A stretch of 64,000 nucleotides of DNA, taken from Proteromonas lacertae. Its lineage: Eukaryota. The notes beneath the pieces are model-generated. The model did not search any database. It was not told the DNA's origin and worked only from the letters and a program-made list of their open reading frames with translations. Location: NCBI GenBank assembly GCA_002245135.1, contig NGBS01000873.1, positions 1 to 64,000 of the forward strand, written 5' to 3'. The first letter of the stretch is position 1; each line of letters begins with the position of its first letter. A program made the position numbers and the translations under genes. This document shows positions 30,466-45,000 of this stretch, piece after piece.

Positions 30466-32820
30466 TTATGGTTGATTAATGAAATTAGTTGTAAGCCATG
30501 AACACATCTTCGGTTTTTCTGTAATATCCACAGCATTAGCATCTCCAGAAATTGAAATGTCATATGGGATGAAACTCTTAGTATTACACATTAATTTTAC
30601 AATGGCTGGACATGGCTCCCATGGACGATCAACGAAACTTGGAGGTGGATACACTAATTGGAATCCAGCATAGAATGTCTTTTCCTGTCCTTTAAACGAT
30701 TGTTCTGTAATTAACCACACAACAGACCTAGTACTTCTATCAATACTAGCAATAGCAGGTGTAAATCTTGTACTAAATTGATCAGTACCAAATGGAGGTA
30801 CTAATATTGAAACTTCCATTGCATCAATAGTTGAAGGTAATTGAGGATGAATTTTTATTTGTAATGTCAATTCCACTAGATTTCCTGTCTTTCTCCATAA
30901 GCATTGTATAAGAGTCGGTATTGCCTTAAATGATTCTTTCACTCTGTATTTTAATATTTTAAGCTAGTAGAAATAACATAGATAAACAAAATATACTTCA
31001 GTTCCTGTATTTGGAAGCATTGTGTATTGGAATATGTGTTGATCAGGAGATTGTGGCTTTAGTTGTGGATGTGGCTGTACATTACCATTAACACTTTGTA
31101 TTGTATCTATAAGTGAAGCTTTGGATATTTTAATATCTAATTTTAATGGTAAACTTGGTGGTTCAATTACTTGTTTTAGTAATGTAATTTCACCATCCAA
31201 TAATAGCTGTGTAAATTTATTCTGTACAAAACTATAAAGAATATATAATAATAAATGTATATACTTAACTTTCATATCTTCTACAATCTTAGCTCCAAGG
31301 TTAAATGATGGTTTCGTCATTGCTAAGAATGGATCACCACCAACACCACCACCACCCATTATATCAGGTGATGCAAATGGATCTCCACTCATACTACCAC
31401 CTAATCCCATACCACTACTACCACCCATACTTTGATTCAAACCAGCACCAGCAAATAGATCATCAGTAGCATCACCAAATCCATTTGTTGTCTTGAAATC
31501 ATTACCTCCACCAAAATCATCAGGTATATAGGCTGATGATGCAACTGCTTTACTATCACCAAAATCAAAATCGTCTAATCCCATACTGGATGATGCAGCT
31601 GGTGCAGAAGTTATTGGTAATCCAAAATCATCTAAACCTCCACTAGCTGCTGCACTACTACCACCAAATCCATCATCGTCACCTGCAGCTCCAAATCCAT
31701 CATCATCTCCTGTATCACCAAAACCATCATCACCTCCACCAAATCCATCATCATCTCCACCTGCACCAAAACCATCATCGTCACCTGTAGCTCCAAATCC
31801 ATCATCATCTCCTGCAGCTGTACCAAATCCATCATCACCACCTAAATCTAATCCTAAATCACCTACATCAAATGCATCACCTCCTCCACCTGTATCTCTA
31901 CCAAATCCATCATCATCACCTGCTGCGAAACCATCATCTTCATCACCTCCTTCCATTTCTGCAGCAAATCCATCAACACCTGTATCATCTTCTTCATCTG
32001 GTTCTTCTTCATCTTGTTCTACCTTCTTCAATTTTGGTGCTTCTTTAATCTTTGGTTTGGCTGTTTCTACTACTTTCTTTATTGGTTTTGGAGGCGCATC
32101 AAAGTCATATAATGATGACAATGTCGGTGCACTAATATATGGTAAAGCATCAATGGCTTTATGATCATCATTGGAGAAAGAAATAGACATTTGAAACAAC
32201 AATTCTAAATCTGCAAAATCATCTCTATTCTGCTTTGTTTCATGTAATAATCTATTGTTATTGAATAATCCTTCTTCTATCACATCTTTCATTGACTTCT
32301 TAGTAATTGATACATCCAAAATATCTCCTTCAAGAATATCATTTCCTGTTAAACCATACAATATTCTAGTTAAACCTAAAAATACACGAGAATATCTCTG
32401 CTTCAAATCTGCTATTTTGAATGAATCTTTACTTGCTGCAGCTAATAATGATTTCACATCTTCTGCTAAGTTAATTGAATGGAATGGATTTGATTCTGGC
32501 GTATCAAATATAACAACATAAAAATCACCTGGCACTGTATAAGTTAAACGTACTGAGTTGTTCAAAATGATTGAGTTGTATGTTCCAGCAGAAAAAGAAT
32601 CTTCTGGTCTCATCATCCTATACAAAACATGAATTAAAATAATAAAAAAATACATCGTATTATAAACACTAAAAGTACCTGCAACAGCTCTTCGTTTTTT
32701 CATTTCTGTTGCAAATTGTTTAAGAAGTTCAATGTAATTCTGGGTACCAATATATCCAGTTCTAGCTAAAAATGCTGGCTCTCCTTCCAATGTCTGAATG
32801 GCAATACCTAAAGCTGACAT
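30466..32820 (-). CDS. TSET/TPLATE complex medium subunit TCUP/TML-like (longin domain, acidic linker, muniscin mu-homology domain)
   Basis: N-terminus MSALGIAIQ...NPFHSINLAEDVKSLL...LKQRYSRVFLGLTRILYG resembles plant TML. GDDDGFG repeats and DPF motifs in the linker; C-terminal mu-homology domain (RSVVWLI...CPAIVKL). Confidence 0.75.
31620..31990 (-). repeat. Coding tandem repeat encoding (G/A)GDDDGFG units
   Basis: Recurring aaatccatcatc units on the + strand, inside the TCUP-like linker. Confidence 0.85.
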
Positions 32821-32970
32821 TACTCACTAGCTTTCCTCTAAATACAAAAGATCTTGTTTTTCACAAACCTTCAGGCTTGTTTTATTTTAAAAAATAGTAT
32901 CGTTTCTGCATTTTTCTGAAACTTTCTTTTTGGCATTACAGTTATTTAATTATCATTACAATTGCTAAAA

Positions 32971-34794
32971 ATGAATAACGATGGTGGAAGAGTGCTTTTA
33001 AATGATATCAATGATTTTGTTCTTCCATCTCAAACATGTGTTAATCCAGTTTTCAGTTCTGCACCTTCTGGTTCTGCTAAAATATCTCTTGAGACTGAAG
33101 ACAATGAATTGGAAATGTATCTTTTCTTAATAAACATTCTAGGTCATCTGTTCATCCAAATATTATCAATAAATCAGACCATTTAACAGCAAGAGTTTCT
33201 TTGAATGATTGTCTAGCTTGTAGGTATATTTAAATAGTAATAATTTATATAATAGTGGATGTATTACTTCAGCTGAAACAGTATTGATTAAACAAGAAGG
33301 TAGTAAAAAGTTCATATCACTATTATCCAATATTCAAACAGAAGGATCTGTTGCAGTTGTAGCATTATCAAATCAGTCTTATGCTTCATTATGTACCTTT
33401 TATGAATCACCTCCAAATGAATTATGGTTGAAAATACAAGCACTATTAGCTTCAAAAAGAATATATTTAGTATCTCCAGAAATTGCAGTTTATTTATCTC
33501 AACAATTAGTTTGTGAAGAGTTTGAAGAGAAGTGGAAAAACAATCAATCAGTGGATGGAGTTCCAAGAACAGTAGAATGGAAAGAACAACCAACATCTGT
33601 TGCTTATAATAGTGAAATAACAATGTATAATATATATATATTAATAATAATGTTATAAATTATTAGATATCCTCCAGAGTCAAGTCAAGAGAGTTGTTTA
33701 GCTGTATTATCTCAATATGAACAAAAGAAAAACATAGAATCGTTGAAAATAGAGAGTAGCATTAATTTCACTAATCATTTACCTTTATTAACCAGTTCTT
33801 GCCCAGCTTGGATATGTTATGCTGAGAAGAAATACAGTGAAGTATTACCATATATATCCAAAGTAATGCCTCCATTACAAATACTAGGAAATTTATTGAA
33901 GAGTAAAAATAAAGGCAAGAAAATAATATTAACCTCAGTTGAACCATGTTATGATAAGAAATTAGTATATTTTTATATTTTATTATTATTAGGAAGTTAA
34001 TAGAAGTGATTTTAAAGATTCTAAAACTGGTGAACAATTAATTGATTGTGTATTAACAACTGAAGAATTTAGAGATTATCTTCAATCAATATCTCCATCA
34101 TATCCAATCAATGTTGATATTTCAGTATTACAGAATATTAAACCACCTGAAGGTTTACCATCTGCTTTATTCCAATTACCCAATCATTTAACAGGATTTC
34201 ATAGTGATAATTATTATAATGATGGTTATGTAGATATGGTGATAAGATATATATCACAAAAGTATTATAATATTGAGTTAAAAGATGAATTGGATTATGT
34301 TCAAACTAAGAATAAAGATTTTCATGAAGTCAGCTTAGTTGTTGATGGTAAGACTGTATTGAAATGTGCAAGAGTTAATGGTTTAAGAAATATACAGAAT
34401 ATAGTAAACAAACTAAAAGTATATATTTTATTGTTAATTATTATTCACTACTATAGACTGGGAAATGTGATTTTGATATGATTGAAATAATGGCTTGTCC
34501 TAGTGGATGTATCAATGGAGGAGGACAAATCAAAGAGAAGAAATATATTCAACAATTAGAATTATTGGAAAAAGTAAAAGTATAGTATATCTTAATTTTA
34601 ATTCATTAGAAAAATTACTTGTTTGCTTTCAATCTATATGGTAATTTATTCAATTATTTATCTAATTTGTATAATTTATGCATATTATATTGAATAGTGG
34701 AGTTAATTATAGTGATGAAGAGAAAGTTCATCTATTCCATACAAGATATCATGCAATACCAAAACTAAAAACAGTGACTAGCATGACGTGGTAA
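32971..34794 (+). CDS. NAR1: Cytosolic Fe-S assembly factor NAR1/NARFL (Fe-hydrogenase-like)
   Basis: DFVLPSQTCVNP; VSLNDCLAC(S)GCITSAE; LPLLTSSCPAWICYAEK; PCYDKKL; GLRNIQN; IEIMACPSGCINGGGQ; conserved C-terminal Trp followed by TAA. Confidence 0.95.
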
Positions 34795-34937
34795 TTTATA
34801 CATGTTTTTTTTCTTTAATTCGGACATTTTTTCTAAATTTTGTATTGTTTCATATATATACCCTTAAAAAATATATTTAAACCGGACATAAATCCGAAAG
34901 AGAAGAAGATAAAAGAATGTCATACAATAATGTTACT

Positions 34938-36355
34938 TTACTTTGTAGATTCATTTAATTTTTCAAGAATACCCACCCATTTAGCATCAGCATTCTCTGT
35001 ATTCGTCAGTAATTGCTTGATTAATGGATGTAAAATACGGTAAAGTCTTTGTTTTGTCTCTATGCTTGTCACCACACTACATGCCTTTTGAATTACATAT
35101 GTACCAAACTTGTTTGATATTAAGTTAGGTAATGAGTTTGAAGTAAATAATTCCTATACAAATAAATAAATATTAATATATATAAAATACTTCAATAACA
35201 ATATCTCTATAATGATCATTATTATACATCAAACACTTTTCAACAACATTTGAACTAATTTTACTATTAGATAATTGAGAATAATGAGTTCTTAATGCTT
35301 CTAATATGGTAATTGGTATTCTATATACAATAATAATAATAATAATAATAATAAATATACGATTCATCTCCTCTGTCAATCAATAAATGTTGAATCACAT
35401 AATTACCCATATCATGTTGAGATAAATGCAATATTTCACTCTTAATAGTATTAGTAAACTCCTTAATAAATGTAATATTTGATACATCAATGCAAGTTCT
35501 ACATACCATTGAGCCATTCTTATCATAACAATATTCTAATGCATCTTGTAGTATAATTGAAGGCAAACATTCCCACACATCTTCATCAAAACACTTTAAT
35601 AGTTTCTGTATGATATGAGTACCTTTGTTATCTTTAATCATTTCTTTTATATTAAGATTCAGTGATTGAATAGTATTCATTAATAATTTACCACCTTCAT
35701 TTGTACCTTTCATTTGTTGTATTATATTCTGTAATGCATATGTACCAATCTTATCATATATTAATGTAGGTAAAGAGGGAGATATATCTTGTAATATCTT
35801 AATCTGTTGAACATGATTGCAATTCTTGAACAATGTTTGAACAAAATAATTTGCAAATGAATTCATCATTAATGTTGAAAATTGACCAATACATTCATTA
35901 ATCACTAAATCATATAACATCGGTTTATTCACTGTTGATTCTATTAATTTCTGTAAGGATTTACTACCACTTTGTGTCAATGCTAATTCACATATTCTAT
36001 TGGCAATTGATTCAAACTCTTGCTGTGCACCACTAATTGAAGACATTGTCATTAATGGTATAGTTGTTGCTGTTGTTGCTGTTGTTGTTGATGATGATGA
36101 TGATGATGAATTTTGGTTATTACTATTCAATGGAATTGGTTTCACTATTGTATTCTGATGACTTGGAGATGATATTACTCCTGGTAATGGATTGTTACTA
36201 TTTGCATTATTATTATTACCAATAGATGATGATGATGATGTTGTTGTTGCACTCATAGTTTGTGGTGGTGTTGTTGTTGCCATTATGGGTGATAAACCAG
36301 ATACATATGGATCTAATCTTCTTTGCATATTACCTGATGTATTGATTTGAATACT

Positions 36356-36386
<31 letters not shown>

Positions 36387-37126
36387 AACGATGATGATGA
36401 TGGTGGTGATGGTTGCTGTATTGATGATGTTAATGGTATTTGTGTAGGATTCATTGATGCTAATGGTGATGGCTGTAGATTGGGTATTAATTTATTCACT
36501 GTTGGAATAACCATCTTAAATGAATGTAATAATAATGATGAAGTATTCATTAACTCATAAAATGATACAGTAATCATTGTATTTGTTTGAACATCACATA
36601 ATGTCATTGTTAAATCACTATACATATAAATTATGTAACATTATAAATATACTTTCTATCACATTGTGATAAATCATAACAAGCGTAAAATGAATTACTA
36701 TAACCAGTATTATTAACATAAAAATGAACAATAAAACGACCACATAATGATATACACTTCTGTAAATCAGGCAAATCTCTACTATTCTCTAAATAAATGA
36801 TATATCCTCTTTCTCTTGGTGATGTATATAATGGAATATCACTAATGGCAAACAATAATGAAGACATACCTCCTAATAAGTGCAATAATATTAAGGAAAC
36901 AATAATATGTATATTATATATAAAAGATATATGTCTAAAATCTATTTCCCAATAACAGGTATATCCACTATATTGACATCCTTCTATTCCTCGTTCTGGT
37001 TGTCTAATTGGAGATGATTGAATAATTATTGGAGGAGAATGAAGTAATAATAACTCATCCAGTAATGGAATTGAACCTAAAAGATGAGGTAAACATGATA
37101 TATGAATCTATTAATATATATAATGA

Positions 37127-37164
<38 letters not shown>

Positions 37165-38262
37165 AAGTGAATACAACCCATTGAAACACATTGAAACACC
37201 ATATATGGTTCTTTCTTTTCAAACACTGATAAACAATAAATACATCCTTCTTCATGATGTACAAAAAGATATTAAAGAAATTACAATAATATACTCAAAA
37301 AAGAAAAAGAAAAAAAGATATAAATCTTTAAATATTCTGGTTTTACTTCATTCACAATAGATATGTTATAAAGTGATGTTAAAAGATGATAGTCTTGAGG
37401 AGATAAATGTGGAAAATAATCTATAAGATTTGGTGATGGATTATCTGCTACATAATTATAATATAACATTCGACTTTGACAATATTCTGGTGGATAAGAT
37501 AATAATGGTGTAAAACATAATGATGGTTTATTCCTCTTATAATTCCATTCTTCAAATGTAAGGAAATCATTGTATAAATAATCATTAGGTTGTAAAGAGG
37601 GCATCATTGTTGTATTTATAGGTTGTGGTATTGGTGGCGGAATTGATGAAGTTGTTCCATTTCCGATTTTCTCAATACCAACCATTGGACTTTGACCTGT
37701 TGTTGTGCTTGTTCCTGAGGCTGTTGGGGATTGGGTATAATAACTAGGTGACATTGGATAACTATTACCATAACCATCATCTGTATAACGCATTGGATTA
37801 TAGTCCGAATCACTCCAGAAGATTTGGTTAATGGTTGGACTACTTTGAGCACTACATGCTACATTACCATAATTGAAAGTTTTAGGAGAAGTAGGAACAC
37901 TATATCCACTATTTTATTTATAGAAAACCCAATATATACCCTGCATTATGTGTAGCTGGAGGAACTATCACTCCATTCGGAGAACTAACACTCGGCTGAA
38001 CAGTAGTAGATGTTTCTTCCAAAAATAATCTACATAAATAATTAATTCCTAAAATATACTTATATCCACATTCAGAACAATATTTGCTTAATTTTTCATT
38101 TGGAAATTGGCATCTTGGACAATTTTTATTATTAGGCGATGTTACAGGTTTGTTGGTTGGTGTATACGAATTTTGATCCATAGCTTTCTGGTTGAAAGAA
38201 GAATCACTAAGAACTAACTTAAGACTTGCTGAAGGAAGCTTCTCACCTGATTGTTCTGACAT
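34938..38262 (-). CDS. Pumilio/PUF RNA-binding protein with N-terminal zinc ribbon and Q/S/T-rich region
   Basis: PUF repeats SGSKSLQK, FANYFVQT, IGTYALQN, KGTHIIQK, MGNYVIQH, SSNVVEKC, FGTYVIQK; N-terminal CPRC...CSECG. Joining the upstream exons into one gene is inferred. Confidence 0.75.
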
Positions 38263-39054
38263 TATATTTTTAAAAGATGATGAAAAAGATATTTCAAAAT
38301 GAATAACTTTTCATGTGTAATTTTTACCTGTGAATTACATAATTACATATTTTTGTTTTTTCAATCAGAATTTATATTTCAACCAAACAAAAATGTTTAT
38401 TCAAAATCAGCTATATGAAAGTAATGAGAATAGAGGAAAATATAGTTAAAGAAGTGTTTATGTTTGTAAATACAGTTGAAACTTATATAATTGACAGGAT
38501 GAATACTTTTATAGTACTAAACAGAGACATATAAATTACAGAGAATTAGGATGTATATTAAATCAATTCTTGACTGAAGTGAAAACTAATATAATAATCA
38601 TCCTATTGAGTATTATTAGCCTTAATAATACATAATTCTGATTTATACATTCATCAAATCTCACATTATCATAGTTATTCTTGATTAAAATATGATCATG
38701 TGAAATAAACATCCAGATAAACCAGTATCATCATCATCATGAAGTAGGTAGTATTATTGCTCCATTTACCTAATGTAATTCATCCAACAAATGCGTTGAA
38801 TACGATTCTTATCTGAGATATGGATATAATGTTGTTTAATGGAATTAATAGTGCTTTTTAAAAGTCCAATTTTAGGAATTATGACTATCAGATTTAATTA
38901 TTTCTTATATAGCCAAATAAATGTAACGTTCCGTAATAATTACTGTGTAGCAATAGTATTCTATGATAAAAGTATTTGTCTTGTTAAGAAAAAGGCTTGT
39001 ATTGTGAAATGATCCAAAACGATAATATTTTTGAAATTCGTTATTCATTCAAAA

Positions 39055-42000
39055 ATGGTTTTGTCATTACACATATTCTTAGTAATTATTATAAGTTGTG
39101 TTACTGTACATTCATACAAAATAGATATATATTGTCCAACTTCATCAAGATTTAGCAGTGATTGTGCCATTTTCTTTAATCCTGTTACGCTAAACCTGAC
39201 AAATATTGAATTGAATATTATTGACAGTACTGCAGATATTGCTAGCAGAATAGTTTTCCAGTTAGATGGATCTAACTCAGTATTCCCTGCTACTGATTAT
39301 ATTATTTATTATCCATCTTTTACCTTCCAATATCAATGTGGACATCCAGAATATTATTCTTCTACAATAGTTAAAGCAACTCAGAACTGTATTTCTAATA
39401 TTTTGTTATTCTCTATTGATATAGTGATAGAAATGTTGTATATGGAAGGAAGAACTGACATTGTACTTTTTTATGACATAGTTGCAAACGAATTTTGTAA
39501 TTCTTTAGAATTCTATTTGCTTGGATTAGGTTTTAATGTCATATCAAGTAAAAATTCAGATATACCTTTTGATGAAATAACAAATGTTATGCCAAGTATA
39601 ACTAATCAAGATAAGACAGCTATTCTACTCTTTTATATTGATCCATTGTTAATTTCAATGTTTTTGGATGATCCAAATGCACAATCAATAAAATCGTCAG
39701 TTAAAATCATATCCTTTGGTATTATTGATGAATTGACTACAACAGCAACTGGAATGAATACAAAATATGAAGGTACATATTCAGTAAATGGTTATTTTGA
39801 ATCATTAAATCAATCAATATCAATTAACAATGATGTGTTTTTTATATCGTATTAATCTGTTTAATACATTCTAATAGATATGCAATGTTGAAATATCTTG
39901 ATGAAAAGCTAGTTGAAGATGAATCATTTGATTATTCAGTAACCTATTTACAATCTATAATAAATGATTTTAATTATGAATTTGGTGATGATAATATGAA
40001 GATTTTAAACTCCAATGTAATAGAAAGAACAATGTATTTTGGTAAAGTTGGTTCTAATGGTAAAATAACTGACATTATTAATTTATTATCCAATGCTTAT
40101 GAAAGTCCATATACTTATTTTGATTCTTCTATTTTCAAGATTTGTCTAAATAATCAGTTAGTAGAAGATGAAAATATCATAAAAGTGGGTTTTATTAGTA
40201 AGAAATCTTTAAGTGATAATTATTATTATCGTGAATTATATCGTGGTTTTATACTTTCAATGAATGAATATCAACAAAATGTATTATATGAAATATATAA
40301 TTAAATTGTAATAGAATACAATGATAATGAAGAAAAGAATTCATGTAATATCACCACCAGCAGTTGATTTAGACAAACAAATTGATTCTTTATCGTCAAT
40401 GGGTGTGTCAATATATATTTATTATATGCATACTGATATGTATAATGATATTGAAGAATGTATATTTTATAATCTCATTTATAGTGTTGAAAGAAGATGT
40501 ATTTGTATTTACATTTGGTTATAATTCTGGTCAAAACTGTCATAAAAATTCTGCTCATATATCTTTTTTATTTGAATGATTAATATGATTTAAAATGTGC
40601 CTTTAATTCAATTGTAAGTAGGACTAACACTTCCATCTGAGTTTAGTTATTTTATATCATTGAATATCACAGAATCAGTTTATATTGTTTATTCAAATAC
40701 AGCGTATATATATATAATGATTATAATTATATTTAGTTATGGAATGAATGGATATAATTATATGTTAATTGCATGTAAAAATGCTGATATAAATATAGTT
40801 GATAGTTGTATGGTTGATATGTCTAATATCAGTATCTGTCTCTCAACTATTAGTGCAATGGATAATGAAATGAAAATAATAACAATACTTGGAAGTGAAT
40901 ATAATAAAGTAGTAATATCAAATAATGCTATAACAAAAGATATGATAATGTTTGATTTAATAGTAGATGATCTTAAAGGAGTAACTATATCATCATCAAG
41001 TAATATCTATTCAATAACTTCACTAAATAATGACAATATCAACAATAATGATAATAGTAATACAATATTCGGAAAAGATATTTCTACATATGAGAAGTAT
41101 GGAAGAATAACAAATGGTTTTTTAACAATGACTTTCACTTTATCAAAATCAATAGAAAGTGAATCATTTTATTCCTATTTTGGTGGTATTAGTAGAAATG
41201 AATTACAAATATCTAATGAACATTATTCAAGTGAAAGTTTATATTACATTAAAGTATTAAATGATGGTTCATATATGAAGATTGATAGTTTATACAATAT
41301 ATATCAACAGCCTTTTGATTATTTCTATGATTCAAGTAAAACATTTGTAAGATGTAACTGGAATGTAGATAGTTATGTAGAAACAATTGGAATTAAGCAT
41401 GTTATAGTGTTAAATCCAATTTCTGATGATTTTGTTAATTATATAAAAACGATAGTTGATAGATTATCTTATACATCAAAATTACCATATAAATTAAATG
41501 TATTAGAAGCAAATGTAGATATAAGTGATGAGAATGTATTTAAAGAGAAAATGTCTCATTTAATAGAAAAATATAATCCAGTTATTCTTGGTGGTAAAAC
41601 ATCAAATGAAAGAAGAATAATCAATGATTTATTGACTGAAACTAACCCAAAAGAATTATTTCTATTTCATATTTATCCATATAGTACTGATGAATGTTAT
41701 ACTCAAGTATATCATACAAATACTCATACCTATAAATCATTCTATGATACAATATATTACTTCATAAATAATGGATTTAAAGAATTCTATTACATTGAAT
41801 CAGAAGGAAAAGATGAAGAAGATAGAAAATACATGACAAACCAATTTATTGATCTAAATATAACTTTTGAATCACTTAATATACATTTCTATATATGTGA
41901 ATATAAAGATTCAGTATCAAGTAGTAGGATTGTAGATAAAGTGAAAGACAATAAAGAAGAGGATGTAATATATATTGATTTGGATTATAGTAATACAATG

Positions 42001-45000
42001 GATATATTAAATGATTTAAATGAAAGTGGTATTAACAGTACAGAATATTCCATAGTTTTGATGAATTATTTTAGTAACGAGTATTTGAATAATGATAGTT
42101 ATTCAAATTATTATTTTATAAAATCTATTCAATATTCTGATGAGAATTTCAATTATGTTGATGATAAATCAGCTGAAGTGATGAAACACAGTTATAACAG
42201 TTTATCAAATAATGATGTTTATATTAGTTCTTATCTAAGCTTACAATTATATACAAAAACATTATTTGTTCAATCAATTAATCAATATCATTCATTAGAT
42301 CAGTTATTACATAATATAACACTATCGTTGAGTGATTCGTGTATATAATAATAATATTATTATTGTTTATTATTAATAGATGAATCCAAATTTTCATTAA
42401 AGAATCAATTACACTTTCCTGTTGTTTTATTCAGAAGAAATCCATATGAAGAATATATACAAAATAATTATTACCATAATATTCCTTATAAAAGTGATAA
42501 TATCAATATTTGTGATTGTTCTACTACGTTAAGATGTTATACAGCTGATATAGTATCAATAGGTTTTTTATATGATTCAGTTAATTATCCTTTAGAATCT
42601 AAATCTCTTATTGCTAATTCGAAATTGATATTAGACACAAATTGGTTAAAGAATGATGAATTGAACCATATTTATTACAATAGTTTCTATTATGATATTC
42701 ATGATCCAAATGATATATCAAAAGCTATGGTATATTTCATTGAAAAGAATGTTCATCATATCTTTGGTGGTATAAATTCAAGTTATGTAGAAAAGTTATC
42801 ATTATACAGTAAAAGTAATGATATTCAGATATGGTATAGTGGAAAATATTTTATTCAAAATGTTTGTAATCCATTCTTATTCAATTTTGTTCAATCAATT
42901 ACTCCATTATTACCAATTTATATGAATATTTTGGATATGAATAACATTTCCTATGTGATAATAGAAAGTGAAAATGAATCATATAATGATGATAGTCAAA
43001 AAGAGTTTAGAGATTATTTAAATGAAATAAAATCTGATGTTGCTGTAATAATGATAAATGATGAGATGAGTGATGATGAAATATTTAATAAAATAAGTTC
43101 AAAAATGGCTGAAGGTGGTTATTTATTTTTGAATTTTTATGATAGAGATTTAGACTTTCTGAAAGTATTGAATAGTTATATGGATAAGAATTTTAACCCT
43201 TACCAATTCTATTATTTTTACTTAATACCTGACAATTACTGGAATGATAGATATGAAATAATAAATGAGATAGGAAATGGAGTTAGTTATAGTTATTATG
43301 ATATAGACAGTGAGAATAAATACAATGAAATAATCGAATCATTCAATGGTAAAAATCCTTATCAAAATTCTCATGAAATTTTGCATCCAATTCCTTATAT
43401 TCATTTTTTGAATTATCTAAGATTGTAGATTATGATGTTTCTAATGTTTATAAATACCAATCATCAATATTTGATCAAAAAATTTCTTTACCAAGTGGAC
43501 AGTTAAGAATCAATAATGATTATACATTTACATATTCAGTAACAACAATATTTACAGATAATAGCAGTTTTGTAAGTGGAAGGGATTTATATATTTCATC
43601 TTCATTATTTTCTGATGGTGTAAAAGGATGTGATTATAGAAATGATGATTTTGGAAAGAATAAATCTGTGATAAGAATATATTTAATAGGAAATGATAAT
43701 AATGATTTTTCGGAATTTGTAGATGATATATTCTCATTGCTTGGAAGAGTGAATAATGATAATACTGAAGATTACTTTTATATGATGAGATTATTGCCTT
43801 ACAATAATAGTAATACATTGATTGAAGTAATAAAATCCAATCCTTCAAATTCATTATATCTAGGTTTAATAGAATCATCAGAAATAGAAGAAATAGGAAA
43901 ATCCTTAAAAGAAAAAGATTCGTTATTGTTTAATATTGGATTTGCTAAACCTGAAAGTTGTGATTCAAACATAATTCATATGAATAGTTATCTAACCACA
44001 TATATGTTACAGATAATGTTGAATATTCGAAAACAATGTGTTAGCTTTATTGTATTATACAATAGTAATTCTATGGATAGTGTATATTCATCTGAATTCT
44101 TTAAGAAAGAGTTAAACTTTTATAATATATCTCATTCTTACTTAATCAATATAAATGGAAATGAAAGTATAAATCAATTCATATCAACAAACCAAAGATT
44201 AATAATTCAACCAAATTGTTTAATCAATTTCTTAGATGAAGAATTAACATCCAATTTGATAGAAAGTGTAAAAGATAGTATAACCAATAAAATCACATTA
44301 GTCAGTTTTCATGTGAAATACTTCAACTATCCCTACTATCCAAATATTGATCATGTTATAGTTAGTAATTATAATCCATTTATTGAAAGTGAATTGTTGA
44401 ATAAAATAAAGAATGGAAAAGAAAAAATAATAAGTCCATATGTGTTATATGGATATATGTCAGCTAAGTATATAGTTAATGCTTATAGATCAATAAGCTC
44501 TTCGGATTCAATAAGTGTAAATGTGTTATTAGACAATGTTAATGATATTGAAATATTACATGCTTGTAATGTAAAAGTGAAAGTAAATGAAGCTCATTAT
44601 TTAGAACAACCATTATATATGTTATTACATCTTTCTGATGGTTATAATTTTGAAGAATATGTTGTATCAACAATGCATGTTTATGCAATTCCCTATTCTC
44701 CAAGAGATGGTTTAGTTTGTTCATTTAGTAAAAACAGAATAGAAATCAGTCCTATATACAGTTTAGATGATTTAGATTCTGATGGATTTACAGTATTTTT
44801 AGATGCGATAATATCATTAAATCATTTGAAATATAAATATGATTTTAATAACAAAATAGGTGTTGAATATTATATATATAATGTAGAGAATAATCAATTG
44901 TTGTGTAATAATGGAATAGATTTTATGATAGAAAAAGAAGTAGAATATTTACTAACAAGTAATAGATATTTATGTTTTGATACAATAGTAACTCGAATAG

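Noticed and set aside
31620..31990. Spaced short repeats superficially like a CRISPR array
   Set aside because: In-frame coding repeats in a eukaryotic gene; no constant repeat with unique spacers and no cas genes.
14711..37162. Microsatellites (AAT)n at 14711 and 15153, (TGT)n at 36357, (TA)n at 37131
   Set aside because: Ordinary slippage repeats encoding poly-N or poly-Q, or lying in introns.
38300..39030. Long intergenic stretch with faint transposase-like words on the minus strand (e.g. GCLFH)
   Set aside because: Too short and too interrupted by stops to support a call.
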